Source: Isurus oxyrinchus
Taxonomy: Eukaryota
NCBI GenBank assembly: GCA_026770705.1
Contig: JANJGN010000151.1
Coordinates: 496,001-560,000, forward strand
Direction of reading: 5' to 3'
Length of the DNA stretch: 64,000 bases
Both the position numbers and the translations under genes were made by a program. The notes under the pieces are model-generated. The model was not told the origin of the DNA and did not search any database. It worked only from the letters and a program-made list of their open reading frames with translations. How positions within the stretch are numbered: position 1 is the stretch's first letter; each line of letters starts with the position of its first letter. This document shows, piece after piece, positions 1-14,305 of this stretch.

Positions 1-854
1 CATTCCTGCTCTATAGATTGGTACCAAGGGAGATTTTGCACCTGTCATTGGCCTGAACGTTTGACCTGTTTCTGTCTCTATTGATGCCCACTGACCTGCT
101 GAGTGGTTATTTTTTGCCCTGCTTCAGATTTCCCAAATCCGCAGTGTTTTGTAGTGTTTTAATTCATTCTTGGGATATGGGCGTCAATGATGAAGTAATT
201 CTTGCACTTGGCCCTGTCTCAGTTTATTCTTGTCCAGACCATATATCAGGAATCACTGCACTAGACATTGTCTCAGTTTATGTTACGTTAGACTCTGTAT
301 CATTAATCGCTGCAGTGGACCCTGTCTCAGTTTACATTAATCAAGACCCTATGTCAGTCATCTCTGCCCTGGACATTGTCTGAGTTTATATTAATTTACA
401 CCCTGCATCAGTAACCACTGCACTAGGCCCTGTCTCAGTTTCTATTAATCTTGACCCTGTATTAGTAATGACTGCACTGGACTTTGTCTGAGTTTATATT
501 GATCAGGACCATATATTAGTAAACACTGCACTGGACCCTGTCTCAGTTTCAATTAATCTTCACCCTGTATTAGTAATGACTGCTCTAGGCCCTGATTCAG
601 TTTATATTAGTCCAGACCCTCTAACAGTAATCATTGGAAAGGACACTGCCTCAGTTTATATTGATCCTGATCCTGTATCATTAATTACTGCACTAGCCCC
701 TGTTCTAGTTTATAATAATCTCGTCCCTGTGTCAGTAATCACAGCACTCGGCCCTGTCACAGTTTGTATTAATCTAGATTCTGTGCCAGTAATCACTGCA
801 CTAGACACTGTCTCACTTGATACTGATCTAGACCTGTATCAGTAATCAGTTTAT

Positions 855-1035
855 ATTATCACAGAATCACAGCATCACACAGTGCAGAAGAGGCCCTTTG
901 GCCCACCGAGTCTGCACCGACATGTGAGAAACACCTGACCTACCTGCCTAATCCCATTTTCCAGCATTTGGTCATAGCATTGAATGTTATGACATGCAAA
1001 GTGCTCATCCAGGTATTTTTTAAAGGATTTAAAGG
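855..1035 (-). mobile_element. 3' end fragment of a CR1-type LINE or related SINE
   Basis: CACAGAAT tail repeats plus 3'-UTR. A near-identical sequence occurs in opposite orientation at ~56915-57070. Confidence 0.7.
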
Positions 1036-4000
1036 ATTTTTTAATCTGGATCCTGTATTAGTAATCAGTGCACTCAACATTGTCTGAGTTATGCTGATTG
1101 AGACACTGTATTAATAAACATTGTGCTAAACCCTGTCTCAGTTTATATTAATCTAGATCCTGTATCAGTCACCACTGCACTATGGCCTGCCTCAGTTTAA
1201 ATTAGTCCAGACCATCTATCAGTAATAATTGCAATAAGCCCCGTCTCAGGTTATATTAATCTAGATCTTGTATCAGTAATGACTGCACAAGGCCCTGTCT
1301 CACTTTATATTAATCCAGACCCTGTATCAGTAATCACTGCACTTGGACCTATCTCAGTTTATATTGATCAGGACACTGTATCAGTAATTACTGCAATCTG
1401 CCCTAAGTCAGTTTATATCAATTTAGACCCTCTATCAGTAATCACTGCACTTGGCCCTCTCTCTGTTTCTATTAATCTAGACCCTGTATCAATTATCACT
1501 GCATGAGGCCCTGCCTCAGTTTATATTAATCTAGGCTCTGCATCAGTAATCGCTCCACTGGACATTGTCTAAGTTCATATTGATTGAGACCATGTGTCAG
1601 TAATCACTGCACTCGGCCCTGCCGCAGTTTATATTAAGCTAGATGCGGTACAATATGCCAGGCCTCATTTTGTTTATCAATCTAGACCCTGTATCAGTAA
1701 TCACTGCACTAGGCCCTATCTCAGTTTACATTAATTTAGTCCATGCAGCAGTAATCACTGCCCGAGCCCCTGTCCCAGTTATATTTATCTAGGCCCTGTG
1801 TCAGGTTATGTTAGTTCAGACCGTGTATCAGTAATTACTGCACAAGAGCCTGTCTCAGTTTATATTAATCAAGACCCTGTTTCAATAATCACTGCACACG
1901 TCCCTGTTCCAGTTATTATAATCTGCACTCTGAATCTATAATCACTGCACTTGGCCCTCTCTCAGTTTCTATTAACCTAGATCCTGTATCAGTAATCACT
2001 GCAGTAGGCCCTGCCTCAAGTCAAATTTATCTCGGCCCTGTATCAGTGATCACTGCTTTGGGCACTGTCTGAGTTTATATTGATTGAGACCCTGTATCAA
2101 TAATTACTGCACAAGAACCTGTCTCAGTTTATATTAAGCTAGATCCTGCATCTGTAATCACTGCAATGAACACTGTCTCCATATATATTGCTCTAGGCTC
2201 TGTATCACTGCAATATGCCCTCCCTCAGTTTATATCAAATAGACCCTGTGTCAGTAATCACTGCACGTGACCCTGTCACAGATTCTATTAACATAGAGCC
2301 TGCATTTGTCATCACTGCACAATGCCCTGCCTCAGTTTATATTAATCAAGACCCTGTATCAGTAATCTCTGCACTAGGCCCTGTCTCAGTTTATATTAGT
2401 CCAGAGCCTCTATCAGTAATCACTGCACTAGGCCCTTTCTCCATTGATATTGATCTAGATCTTGTATCAGTAATCACTGCAAAGGACACTGTCTCAGTTT
2501 ATATTGATCATGATCCGAATCATTAATCACTGCACTAGCCCTTGTCCTGGCTTATACTTATCAAGGCCCTATCTCAGTTTATATTAATCTGTACCCTGTA
2601 TCAGCAATCACTGCACTATGCCCTGCCTCAGTTTTTTTAAAATCAGTCTAGACCCTGTATCAGTAATCACTGCACTAGACCCTATCAAAGTTTATATTAA
2701 TTTAGCCCCTGCAGCAGTAAACACTGCCTGAGCCCCTGTCCCAGTTATATTTATCTGGGCCCTGTGTCAGTGAACAGTGCACCAGGCCCTGTCTCAGGTT
2801 ATGTTAGTTCAGTCTGCGTATCAGTGATTACTGTACAAGAGCCTGGTTCAGTTTATATTAATCAAGACCCTGTTTCAGTAATCACTGCCCTCGACCCTAT
2901 TCTGGTTATAATAATCTGCACCCTGAATCTATAATCACCGCACTTTGCCCTCTCTCAGTTTCTATTAACCTGGACACTGCATCGGTAATCAATTTAATAT
3001 GTCCTGTCTTAGTTTATATCAATCTAGACCCTAAATCAGTAATTGCTGCACTATACACGATGATAGTTTTATATTTATCAAGACCTTGGATCAGTGATCT
3101 CTGCACTAGACACTGTCTCATGTTATATTAATCCAGACCCTGCATCATTATTCACTGCACTAGACCTTATCTCAGTTTATACTGATGTACACCCTGTAAC
3201 CATAATCACTTCAATGGACACTGTCTCAGTTTATATTGATCCTCATCCTTTATCATTAATCACTGCACGAGCCCCTGACCGAGTTTATATAACTCTCATC
3301 CCTGTGTCGGTAATCACTACACTAGGCCCTGCCTCACTTTATATCAACCTAGACCATCTATCAGTAATCACTGCACTAGGCCCTGTCTCAGTTCATATTG
3401 ATCCAGACCCTGAATCAGTAATGACTGCACTATAGCCTGCCTCAGTTCATATTAATCTGTCCCTAAATCAGTAATTGCTGCACTAGGCCCTGCCTCAGTT
3501 CATATTAATTTAGGCCATGTATCAGTAATCACTGCAATGGACACTGCCTCAGTTTATATTGACCCTGATCCTGCATCATTTATCACTGCACTCGCCTCTA
3601 TCCTGCTTTATATTCACCTAGGCCCTGTATCAGTAATCACTGCACTAGGCTCTGTCTCAGTTTACATTAATCTAGACCCTGTATCAGTAATCTCTGCACT
3701 CGACCCTATCTCAATTTATATTGATCTAGGCCATGCATCATAATCAGTGCAATGGACACTGTCTCATTTTATATTAATTGAGGCCCTGTACCAGTAATCA
3801 CTGTACATGCCTCCATTTATATCAATCCATATCCTGTATCAGTAATCACTGCACTAGACCTTAACTCAGTTTATATTAGTCCAGAACCTGTATCAATAAT
3901 GACTGAACTAGGGAATGCTTCAGTTTATTTTAGTCCAGACACTGTAACAGTGATTATTGCACTAGCCCCTGTCCCAATTTATATTTATTTAGACCCTGTA

Positions 4001-4074
4001 TCAATGATCACTGCACAATGCCCTGTCTCAGTTTATATCAAGCTAGAGCCTGTATCAGTAATCGCAGCACTATA

Positions 4075-4415
4075 ATAAAAGCAAAAAACTGTGGATGCTG
4101 GAAATCCAAAACAAAAACAAAAATACCTGGAAAAACTCAGCAGAACAGGCAGCATCTGGGGAGAGGAGCCCAGTTCACGTTTCAAGTCCGCGTAACTCTT
4201 CAACAGAATGAAGGAAAAATAGAAAAGGGGTGAAATATGTCTTATTAGCTTATATCCCACCATTCCCTGCCCCCTTTAACCAGCTTATATTTCACCCCTT
4301 TTCTATTTTTCCTAAGTTCTGTTTAAGAGTCATGCAGACTTGAAACATTAACTGTGTTCCTCTCCATAGATGCTGCCAGACCTGCTGAGTTTTTCCAGGT
4401 ATTTTTGTTTTTGTT
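4075..4415. mobile_element. Penelope-like element terminus with internal inverted repeat
   Basis: GATGCTGGAAATC...GGAAAAACTCAGCAG terminal motif is shared with the Penelope copy at 62810+. 4107-4237 is inverted at 4287-4414. Confidence 0.75.
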
Positions 4416-5156
4416 ATTGTAGCACTATACCCTGTCTCGGTTTATATTAATCAAGACCCTGTATCAGTAATCACTCTACTGGACACTGCCTCCTTTTATA
4501 TTGATCAAGACCATGGATCAGTAATCATTGCACTTGGTCCTGTCTCAGTTTATATTAGTCTAGATCCTTTATGAGTAATCATTGCACTAGCCCCTGCATC
4601 AGTTTATATTGACCTAGACCCGGTAACAGTAATCACTGCACTTGGCCGCACCTCAAGTTTTATTAATCTAGACCCTGTATCTCTAATCACTGCACTGGAC
4701 ACTCTCTCAGTTTATATTGATCTACCCACTGTATCAGTAATCATTGCTCTAGTCCCTGTCCTAGTTTATTTTTATCTCAGCCCTCTAAGAATAATCACTG
4801 CACTATGCTTGCCTCAATGTATATCAACCTAGACCCTGTATCAGTAATCACTGCACAGGGCATTGTCTGAATTTATATTGATCAAGATCCTGTAACAATA
4901 ACCACTGGACCAGACCCTGTTCCAGTTTATATTAATCTAAATCCTGTGTCTGTAATCACTGCGCTCGAGCATATCTCAGTTCATATTAATCTAGATCCTG
5001 TATCAGTTATCACTGCACATGAGCCTGTCTCAGTTTACATTAATCTAGATACTGTATCAGTAAGCATTGCACTAGGCCCTGTCTCAGTTCATGATAATCT
5101 AGACCCTCCATTAGTAATCACTGCACTAGGCACTGTCTCAGTTTATATCAATCTGG

Positions 5157-6470
5157 ATAAAAGCAAAATAGTGCGGATGCTGGAAATATGAAAGAAAAGC
5201 ATAAAATGCTGGGACATCACAGCAGGTCTGACAGCACCTGTGGTGAGAGAAGCAGAGCTAACTTTCTGAGACCGTATGACCTTCCTCAGAGCTAAAGAGA
5301 AGTCAAAATGTGATGACATTTGCTGTTTAAGTGGGGCGGAGCAGGTCAAGCTGGATAGAAGGCAAGCCATAGGTAGAAGTCAGGTGACACTGCCAAACAT
5401 ATCATAGGCAAACAGAAAAAGGGAGTGTTAATGGCAGTAGTAAGGCTAAAGTAGGTGCTGATAGAGTCATAAAGGTAAGAAAGCAGAATGTATTAACAGC
5501 AGAGCCAGAATCTGCACACTGTTGAAGAACAACATGGGACAAGTAACTGATTGCCCTTTTGGGGGTGTGGTAGGGGTGGTTGGGGAAAAACAGTATAAAA
5601 AGGAATGAAAAAGGGGATAAAAGAGGATAAAACAATGAATAAATGAATAAGGCTGTAAAGTGCATTATCGGAAGATGAGCTTCTGTTCCTCCAGTTTGCG
5701 TTGGGCTTCACTGGGGCAATGCAGCAGGTCAAAGAGGGACATGTGGGTATCAGAGAAGGATGGCGTGTTGAAATTGCAAGTGACAGGAAGGACTAGGACA
5801 TGCTTGCAGATAGACCGAAGGTGTTCCACAAAGCGGCCTGCCAGTCTGTGTTTGGTGTCCCCAATCTAGAGGAGACTGCATTGGGAGCAGCGAATGCAGT
5901 CGACCAAATTGAAGGAGGTGCAATGAAGCGGTGCTTCACCTGAAAGGAGTGTTTGGGCCCTTGGACGGTGAGGAGGGAGGAGGTAAATGGGCAGGTGTTG
6001 CATCTTCTCTGATTGCTTGGGAAGGAGCCATGGGAAGGGATGAGGTGTTGTGGATGATGCAGGAGTGGACCAGGGTGTCTCGGAGGGAACGGTCCCTGTG
6101 GAATGCTGACAGGGGTGGGGGTGGAGTGGTGAGGGGAAGGTGTGTTTGGTGGTGGCATCATGTTGGAGTTAGCGGAAAAGTCGGAGGATGATCCTTTGAA
6201 TGCTGGGGGTGGTGGGATGAAACATGAGGAAAAGGGGGACCCTATCATGATTCTGGGAGAGAGGGGAATGTGTGAAAGCAGAGATGCGAGAGATGGGTCG
6301 GCCACAGTTGAGGGCCCTGTCAACCACAGTGGGTGTGAAACCTTGGTTAAGGAATAAGAAAGGCATGTCAGAAGCATCATTTTGGATAGTGGCATCATCG
6401 GAACAGATGTGAAGGAGGTGAACGAACTAAGAGAATGGAATGGCGTTTTTCCAGCATTTTCTGTTTTTAT
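5157..6470 (-). mobile_element. Truncated Penelope-like retroelement (decayed GIY-YIG region)
   Basis: Colinear with 62810-64000. Minus-strand ORF remnants (e.g. NQGFTPTVVDRAL...HPTTPSIQRIILRLFR) are typical of the Penelope C-terminus. Confidence 0.85.
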
Positions 6471-6767
6471 ATCAACCTAGACCCTGTATCAGTAATTACT
6501 GCATTGGACCCTTCCTCCGTTGACATTAATCTCTGCCCTGTATATGTAATCACTTCACTAGGCCCTGTCTCAGTTTATATCAATCTAAATCCTGTATCAG
6601 GAATCACTGCACTGGACCCTGCCTCAGTTTATGTCAATCGAGGCCCTGTTTTAATAATTCCTATACATCCCCTGTTCAATTTATTTCACGCCCTCATTTG
6701 TAACTGTAAACGCCAGATTACATTTTGCTTAAGTTATTGTTGTACAGGTGAACGTCACTGTTAACAG

Positions 6768-6924
6768 TAGAAAAACAGAATTAACTGGAAAAACTCAGCA
6801 GGTCTGGCAGCATCGGCGGAGAAGAAAAGAGTTGACGTTTCGACTCCTCATGACCCTTCAACAGAACTCTGGTAATTCGGTTTTTGTTTTGGATTTCCAG
6901 CATCTGCAGTTTTTTTGTTTTTAT
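6768..6924. mobile_element. Short Penelope-derived terminal fragment
   Basis: Near-identical to 16981-17187; carries the hammerhead-like motif. Confidence 0.75.
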
Positions 6925-7251
6925 CACTGTTAATAGTACAATGGGCCTTATCTTGTTTATTATTGCAGCCGTCCATATCTCTACTTGTGTTGCAATTGGT
7001 CCTTTCCCAGTTATCACTACACCTGACGCTGCTGCTGTTTATATCATGCATATCATGCACCAGTTATTATTACATTAGGCCGTGCTTCTGTGGACACTCC
7101 AATTAACGCTTTTCCAGTTCACACTGTAGTACAACCATGTTTTAATTTATATTTCACTGCAAATTGTGTTTCGGTGTTTTACACTGAACCATGCTTCAGT
7201 TATCACTGCCCTTGACTTGCTGAACTTGTCTCACTGATGACTGTACCAGAC

Positions 7252-7912
7252 CATACGAACACACGAGCATACGAACAAGGAGCATGAGTAGGCCATTCAG
7301 CCCCTCGAGCTTGCTCCACCATTTCATAATATCATGGCTGATCTGACAGTAACATGAAATCTGCATCCTGCCGACCCCCGATAACTTATCACCCCCTTGC
7401 TACCAAGAATCTATCTACCTCTGCCTCAAGGCTCTGCTTCCATTGCCTTTTTATGGAGAGAGTCCCAAAGATTCACGACCCTGAGAGTGAAAATATTCAC
7501 TTCATCTCCGTTTTACATGGCTGACACCTTATTTTTAAACAGTGACCCCAATTCCAGATTCTCCCACAAGAGGAAACATCCTCTCCACATCCACCCTGTC
7601 AAGACCCCTCAGGATCTTATATGTTTCAGTGAAATCACCTTTTACTCTTCTAAACCCCAGAAGACATAAGCCTAGCCTGTCAAACCATTCCTCATTAGAC
7701 AACCCACCCATTCCAAGTATTAGTCTAATAAACCTTCTCTGAACCTCTTACAACACATTTACATCATTCCTTAAATAAGGTGACCAATACAGTAGACAGT
7801 ACACGAAACATGATCTCACTGGTGCCCTGTATAGCTGAAGCATAACTTCCGTACATTTGTATTCAATTCTTCTCGCAATAAATTATAACATTCTATTAGT
7901 TTTCACAATTAC
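7252..7912 (-). mobile_element. CR1 LINE 3' fragment
   Basis: CATACGAA-type tail and 3' end homologous to 27460-28150. Confidence 0.8.
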
Positions 7913-8196
7913 TTACCATTTCTCCTTTTATCTTTCTCTCAGCATTGCATCAGTGTATATAATGCTATCTGCAGTTTAACTTATTAATGCACTGGACCAT
8001 GCCTCTATATACACTACAATTGACCTTTTCTCTGTTATTACTGCACTAGACTATTTCTCTATCTCTATTACATTATATGATGCTTTGTTTATTAATGCAC
8101 ATAGCCGTGCCTCTATATATACTGCAAGTGGCAATTCCTGAGCTGCTGTTGCATTGTACAAAGTCTCAGTTTGTATTTTATTAGGATTTATCTGAC

Positions 8197-9346
8197 AACC
8201 AAATTGTGGGAAAAGTTATAGCTCATGGAATAAAAGGGACAGAAACAATGTGGTTACAAAGTTAGCTGAAAAAAAGGAAGCAGGGAGTAATGGTCAATTG
8301 ATGTTTTTCGGACTGGAGGAAGGTTTGTAGTGCAGTTCCCCAGGGGTCGGTATTGGGACCCTTGCTTTTCCTGATATATATTAACCATCTAGGCCTTGGT
8401 GTGCAGGGGACAATTTGAAAGTTTGCGGATGAGACGAAGCTTGGGAGTGTTGCAAACTGCCAGGGGAATGGTGTGGAACTTCAAGAGGACACAGACAAGT
8501 TGGTGGAGTGGGCAGATAGGTGGCAGATGAAATTCAACGTGGAGAAGTGTGAGGTGATGCATTTTGGTAAGAGGAACATGGACAGGCAAAATAAATAAGG
8601 GGTGGAGTTTTGAAAGGAGTGCAGGAGCAGAAAGACTTGGGTGTAGATATGCATAGATAATTGAAAGTGGCAGGACAGGTGGAGAGAACAGTTAATAAAG
8701 CATATAGTATCCTGCACTCTATTAATAGGGGCATAGAGTACATGAGCAGGGAGGTTATGCTGAATTTATATCGTTAGAACTCAGCTGGAATATTGTGTGC
8801 CGTCCTTGGTACGATATCAAAGGAAGTATGTGAAGATATTGGAGAGAGTGCTGAAGAGGTTTAGAAGAATGTACCCAGGGATGAGAAATTTCAGTTATGA
8901 GGGGAGATTGGAGAAGCTGGGATTGTGTTCCATGGAGAGGAGAAGGCTGAGAGGAGATTTGATTGAAGTATTCAAAATCATGAGTGGGCTGGACAGAGTA
9001 GAGAGGAAGAAACTGTTCCCATCCGTAAAAGGATAAAGAACGAGAGGGCACAGGTTTAAAGTGGTTTGCAAAAGAAGCAAATGTGACGTGAGAACTTACT
9101 TTTTCACACAGCGAGTGGTTCGGCCTGGAATACACTGACTGGAAGTGTGAGGAAGGCAGGTTCAACTGAGGCATTCAAAAGGGTGTTAAATGATTATTTG
9201 AATAGAAACAAAGTGCTAGGGTGCGGGGAAAAGCCAGGGCAATGGCACTATGTCAGAATGCTCATTTGGAGGTCCGATGCAGACAAGTTGGGCTGAATGG
9301 CCTCCTTCTGTGCCGTTAAAGTTCTGTGATTCTATGATTCTGTGAT
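8197..9346 (+). mobile_element. CR1 LINE 3' fragment (reverse transcriptase C-terminus)
   Basis: VPQGSVLGP and KFADETK remnants, ORF 8797-9036 (SYEGRLEKLGL...RRLRGDLIEVFKIM), TTCTRTGA tail. Confidence 0.92.
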
Positions 9347-9949
9347 ATTACTGTTTTAGGCTGCTTCATTCATCACTGTACTCTTCTGTGTCTCACCTTA
9401 TGTTATAAAGGTCCAATCCCATTTATTAATACACTAGACCAAGTTTCAGTTATTACTTCACTATAAAAAGCCTCTGATAACTGTACAGAGGTGGAGAGAG
9501 AGCCAGGTGAACAGGTGAGTATTGATTTTTAAAATGTCATAATATCCTCTGGGTCAAAAGGTTTTGAAAGAATACATTTAGTTTTGATGCTAACTATTAG
9601 GCATTGTGTGCAATTTCTAATTGCTCTAGTGTGATGTGTGTCCTGTTTGTGCTGAAAGGTTGGGCTGAATCTTGTAACATTCCTTTCATCAATGAGGTTG
9701 AGGATTAGAAACAAAGATGAACCACATTGCACTGCACATTGCACAACTTAGTCACAAACTGCATTGTGTTGGAGATGACAAATTCATACTTGAGCTTATC
9801 AATGACAATTGCTCACAGGTTTCTATAATTTACAGATATTTTTCCATCTTTCAACAGGAATGTCTGTTTGCTTTTGGCGTGGTCACTGATTGTGAGAGAC
9901 AAGATCTGAAGGCGAATGAGCGGCAGCAGGCTCCTAATAACCAATGCTC

Positions 9950-10077
9950 NNNNNNNNNNNNNNNNNNNNNNNNNNNNNNNNNNNNNNNNNNNNNNNNNNN
10001 NNNNNNNNNNNNNNNNNNNNNNNNNNNNNNNNNNNNNNNNNNNNNNNNNNNNNNNNNNNNNNNNNNNNNNNNNNNNN
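9950..10077. other. Assembly gap (N run)
   Basis: Run of n. Confidence 1.
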
Positions 10078-11419
10078 GCTGAGCATGCGCGTGTGCCTGT
10101 GCGTGTGTGTGTGAGTGTGAATGTGTGCGGGTACATCTAGAGCATATCATGCTTCATTGCTTTCAAAAGACATTATAATTATTTTTCAGCAAGTTACGAT
10201 AGTTTATTGAGAATATATCTATATGCTGCCTATGCTGCCATTAATATTTATCAGTAATGCATTGTCTTGAGTGCACTGGAAAGTAATGTCAAACTGGCCA
10301 TTCCATTATCATGGTAAATACATATTTGAAATGACTCACTGAACTTCTTCCCTCTCTTCCTCTGTCTCAGAATACACCTAAATCAGTTAACCTCTCTTCT
10401 CTCTCTCAGACTTCACTTAACTCACTTACACAGACTCACAAGGGCCGGATCTGGCAGCTTCGAGGAACCAATGTTTAAATCTTTTGCTTAAGGCACATTA
10501 TCACTGAAAAAAATTAAGTGTCAATACCTCATCAGTGGAAAATTCAGTGCCATAAAGACACCAGCTCATTCACTTAACTTCTCTCCTCTCTTTCTCTGAG
10601 GCAGCACCAAACCCTCTTAAAACTTTCCATTTTAGAATAACCCCCTGTGAGCGGTTTTGTTGTTTTAATTTCCCCTCTTTTCTCTCAGTGATAACATTCA
10701 GTCAATCTCGCCTTCAGTTAATAAGTTATAACCAAAATAACCTCGTTTATTTAATTCTTTAAATTGGGAATGGAGGTGAATGTAATACTGAGGCCGACAG
10801 CAATCTGTGTGGTTGTTCTTGATGCTGTCAGAGTGAGTTCACCCTCACAGGCAGGAAGGCTGTTCACGGTGATAACATGAAACTGACGCCTGCTGTTTCA
10901 TTCTCAGGTAACACAACTTCCTGTTTCTCTGCTGCCGGTTCCAAACCGCACATCTCACTTCTGAGCAGAAAATAAATCCAGGGGCCACAATCTGGTGAGA
11001 ACATCTGTCAAGGCGGCCTATTTCTGGCCACAGAGTCGGGGCAGAGTCACACAGATCACATTGCGGTGACACTTACAAATGAGCCTGTGTGATCCGTTTA
11101 GAGCTTCCATTTCCAGGACATAACTGGATTGTCAGTCACTGAGCTCCCTCGAGTCCCTAAAACGGGGAAATGAGATCTTGCTACTTTTCATTTTTCGTTG
11201 TCATGCTCCACCACCCGCGCCCACTCCAAGTCCTCCTCCACACCCCACTAACACCACTCCCCCACCCCTCCGCTACCCGCTAGGCACACACACTTTCCCT
11301 CCAAACTTGTTTCCTCTGTTTCTCTGCAACATTCCGTCTCCCTTTGTCATTTTAAGTCTCCTTTCCTAGTTTTATCTCTGTTTATTTCTCTAGTGTATCT
11401 CTCTCCACCTCTCTGTGTC

Positions 11420-11700
11420 TATTAAATAGAAGCGTTCAAAATCATGAAAGTTACGATATTGTGAATAAAGAGGGACTATTTCAACTGTAGGAGGGTCAGT
11501 AACCAGGGGACGCTAATTTACTTTTTTGAACAGGAAGGCAGGAGGATAATTGTTTATTTTTTTTTCACACGGCGAGTTGTTCTGAACTGGAAACACAACT
11601 CGAAAGGGTGATGGAATCAGGTTAATAGTAACTTAGTAAAATGAATTCTATAAATACTTAAAGGGGTTAAAATTTGAAGGATTACAGGGAATGGGACAAA
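11420..11700 (+). mobile_element. Old CR1 LINE 3' fragment
   Basis: Similar to the CR1 3' region (IEAFKIM...) at 8960-9240. Confidence 0.6.
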
Positions 11701-13284
11701 CTGTAATGCTCATCTATATCGTTGTCCCAGCAGCTTTCCTGTATCTACTTCTGTCCCTCATCGAGCCCAAATAAAATGCAATAATTACACAGCTTTCGTC
11801 TTCTGTTAATCCTGTCTTTTGACAGCGCTCGAGTGTGTCGATAATTGCCAGGAATCATTCAGAAGTTCACCACTTTTACAAATCTCTACTTTGTACAAAA
11901 TAATAACACCGAATAGAGCTCGTTTAGTAGAAAGCACGATTATCTTTAACATTTTCGGCTCTGATTTTTCCTCTAGTGAGGTTTCGGTGTTTAATCCTTT
12001 CAGTCATCATGTGCCTCAAGCTGAAGATTTAAACATTGGTTTCTACAAGCTGCCAGGTCCGGCCCTTGCATGTCTGTGTAAATAAAGAACTGTCGGTAAG
12101 AATGAGAAGGAGTAGATTATTTTCTATTCCTCTGACAGATGCAGCATTGACCCCTCAGATATCAGAAATCTCTGGAGTCCGCCATTATTGTCCTCCCCTT
12201 GGGTGTAACAGCTCTCAGTCAGGTGGAGTCAGTCACACGGGCCTATGTCATGATGTTTCCGCTCCGTTTTTACCGCACAAATCCCTGGGTCACTCACTAT
12301 AACACAGAAGATTGCGCTAAGGCCCTAAACATCATTGCTTCCTCACACTTTCACACCCTATTACGATCAGATGTTTATCAGACCCCCTGCCTCTCTTAAT
12401 GGAAGCAGCAGCCTCTGTTATTGTTACACTGGAGCCGGACTCTGATTATTATTGGATCAGGCCCCAGTCTGGCCCGGGCCCGGCAGTCAGAATTCCCTTT
12501 GCAAATCCAAGGAGGGAGATGTTGTTTGTATTTTTGGAGAGGGCGGGAAGGTCAAAGCAGCAACAGTGTCCCAGGAACCCGTCCTTTGCTGGATGAAGAA
12601 ACTGTCTAGAATTTCTCTGTCTTTAATTCCTCCTCCTGAGTGTAAGAAAATAATGGATAAAAGAACAGAAAGGCAAATATAAAATTAATATAATATAAAA
12701 TATATAATATATAATATTTTAAAACAAATATAAGCTCTCACCGTGAGCACTGGTCAACTCTCTGGATTGAGGCTTCAACCCACAACCTTTTGACCCAGGG
12801 GTTAAGAGTGACGCTAATTCGACAATGTTGACATGATGTATCCGCAGTTCCCATTGCATTAGTACAACGGCAACACATGACAGATGCTACAAATCTAAAA
12901 TAAAAACCGAATGTGCTGGGAATCCTCAACAGGTCAGACAGCAGGTGTCGATCCTGTTTGTTTTCCGGGTCGTCATATACTTTGCAGCCTTGTGGAAAGT
13001 ATGGAGAGGCGAGAGGATTTTGTAAGCTAATTAAAAACCGGCGTTCTGTCACACCAACACTCTTCCCGTTGTCAACGGAGCCTGGAGTTGAATCTGAAGC
13101 TCAAAAGCAGGAGGACCACCAACTGTACCATTCGGGAGTGCAGTGGCTGTGGAGAGAAGCAGAGTTAAAGTTTCTAATCGATGACCCCGGTTCTGCTGAA
13201 GGGTTATTGCCATGAAACGTTCACTCTGTTTATCGCCACAGATTCTGCCTGACCTGCAGGGTAATTTCAGAATGTTATGTTTTA

Positions 13285-14305
13285 TTTGCTATTACACTAG
13301 ACTGTGTCAGTGTTATTACACCAACTCCATCCCATTCATATTGCAGTGGTGCTTGACTCTGTTATTATACATTAGGCAGAAGATTTGCTATTGTATCAAT
13401 TGACGCTGTCTCACGCACTATTATATCAAGCCCCAACTTCGATTTGGGTGGATCAGATGCTGACTCTGCCGTTATCACACTGGATCCAGTGAATATTCAT
13501 TGACGCAGTGCAACCTGCCATCCCCTGTTATCAACAAAAATTGCATTTGTTACACACAACTTCCCTGATTTTAATCTGTTCCCTGTATCCTATCTCATTG
13601 TATAAAACGCTGTCTCTGTAATAGTTGTACTAAGAACCGTCCTGCCACTGAAATTCATATGCAAACCTCTCTCATTATTTCTGAAAACCTTGTACCTATA
13701 CTTTTCAATAGGAGCCTGTTTCTGATATTTTTAATGTTGATCTTGCTTCTGTTAGGGATGCAAGATGACCTCTTTCATTTGTTGTTTAATGCAAAACAAT
13801 TTTGCAACTATGCTTACACAAAAACTTGTACACTTGAATGTTGTACCAGGTCCCCTCTCTGTCTTATTCCTGAACTAGTCCATTTCTCTGTTTATGTTAC
13901 TCCCAGAGAAAGTTTGTGTTATCACTGCTCTAGCGCACGTCTCTGTCTGTATTAGACCAGTACCTGTTATTACTGCACCAGCCGATTTCTCTGATAATAT
14001 TTGACCAGGTTCTGTCTCTGCAAATTACTAAACTACTCCATATCTCTGTTTCTATTACACCAGGTCCTGTTACCGTTATTATGCTCCAGACTATATTTCC
14101 ATTTATATTGCACCAAGCCTGTCTCGATTATTACTGCACTAGCCCATATCATTGGTTACATTACATCATCTGTCATTACCTAAACAGCCAATATCTCTTT
14201 TTATATTGCACGAGATCTCATCTTTGTTATTCTGCACTGGTCCATATCTTTGCTTATGTTACACCAGGTCCGCTCTCTGCTTATGCTGCACTTGATCCTG
14301 GTTTA
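13285..14305 (+). repeat. Degenerate array of the 27-bp monomer
   Basis: Recurrent CTCTGTTATTACTGCACTAG-like units related to the 54-bp satellite halves. Confidence 0.65.

Larger units (their letters stand above)
200..6655 (+). repeat. Minisatellite with a 54-bp unit made of two diverged 27-bp halves (CCCTGTATCAGTAATCACTGCACTAGG + CCCTGTCTCAGTTTATATTAATCTAGA), interrupted by retroelement insertions
   Basis: The unit is directly visible many times. The 18-aa periodic ORFs (VSVITALGPVSVYINLDP) in the ORF track reflect the 54-nt period. Confidence 0.95.

Noticed and set aside
81-5191. Repetitive hydrophobic ORFs (VSVITALGPVSVYINLDP)
   Set aside because: By-product of a 54-bp unit that is stop-free in one frame; frequent stops and frameshifts, no splice structure.
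200-6655. Satellite as CRISPR array or tandem RSS array
   Set aside because: No unique spacers and a eukaryotic context. CACTGCA and AGTTTATAT are roughly RSS-spaced, but in that orientation the heptamer lacks the essential CAC.
12480-13120. Possible very old V remnants (FPLQIQ..LYFW; FELQIQ) with RSS-like ends
   Set aside because: No Cys/Trp framework, and spacers are not 12 or 23; not distinguishable from chance.
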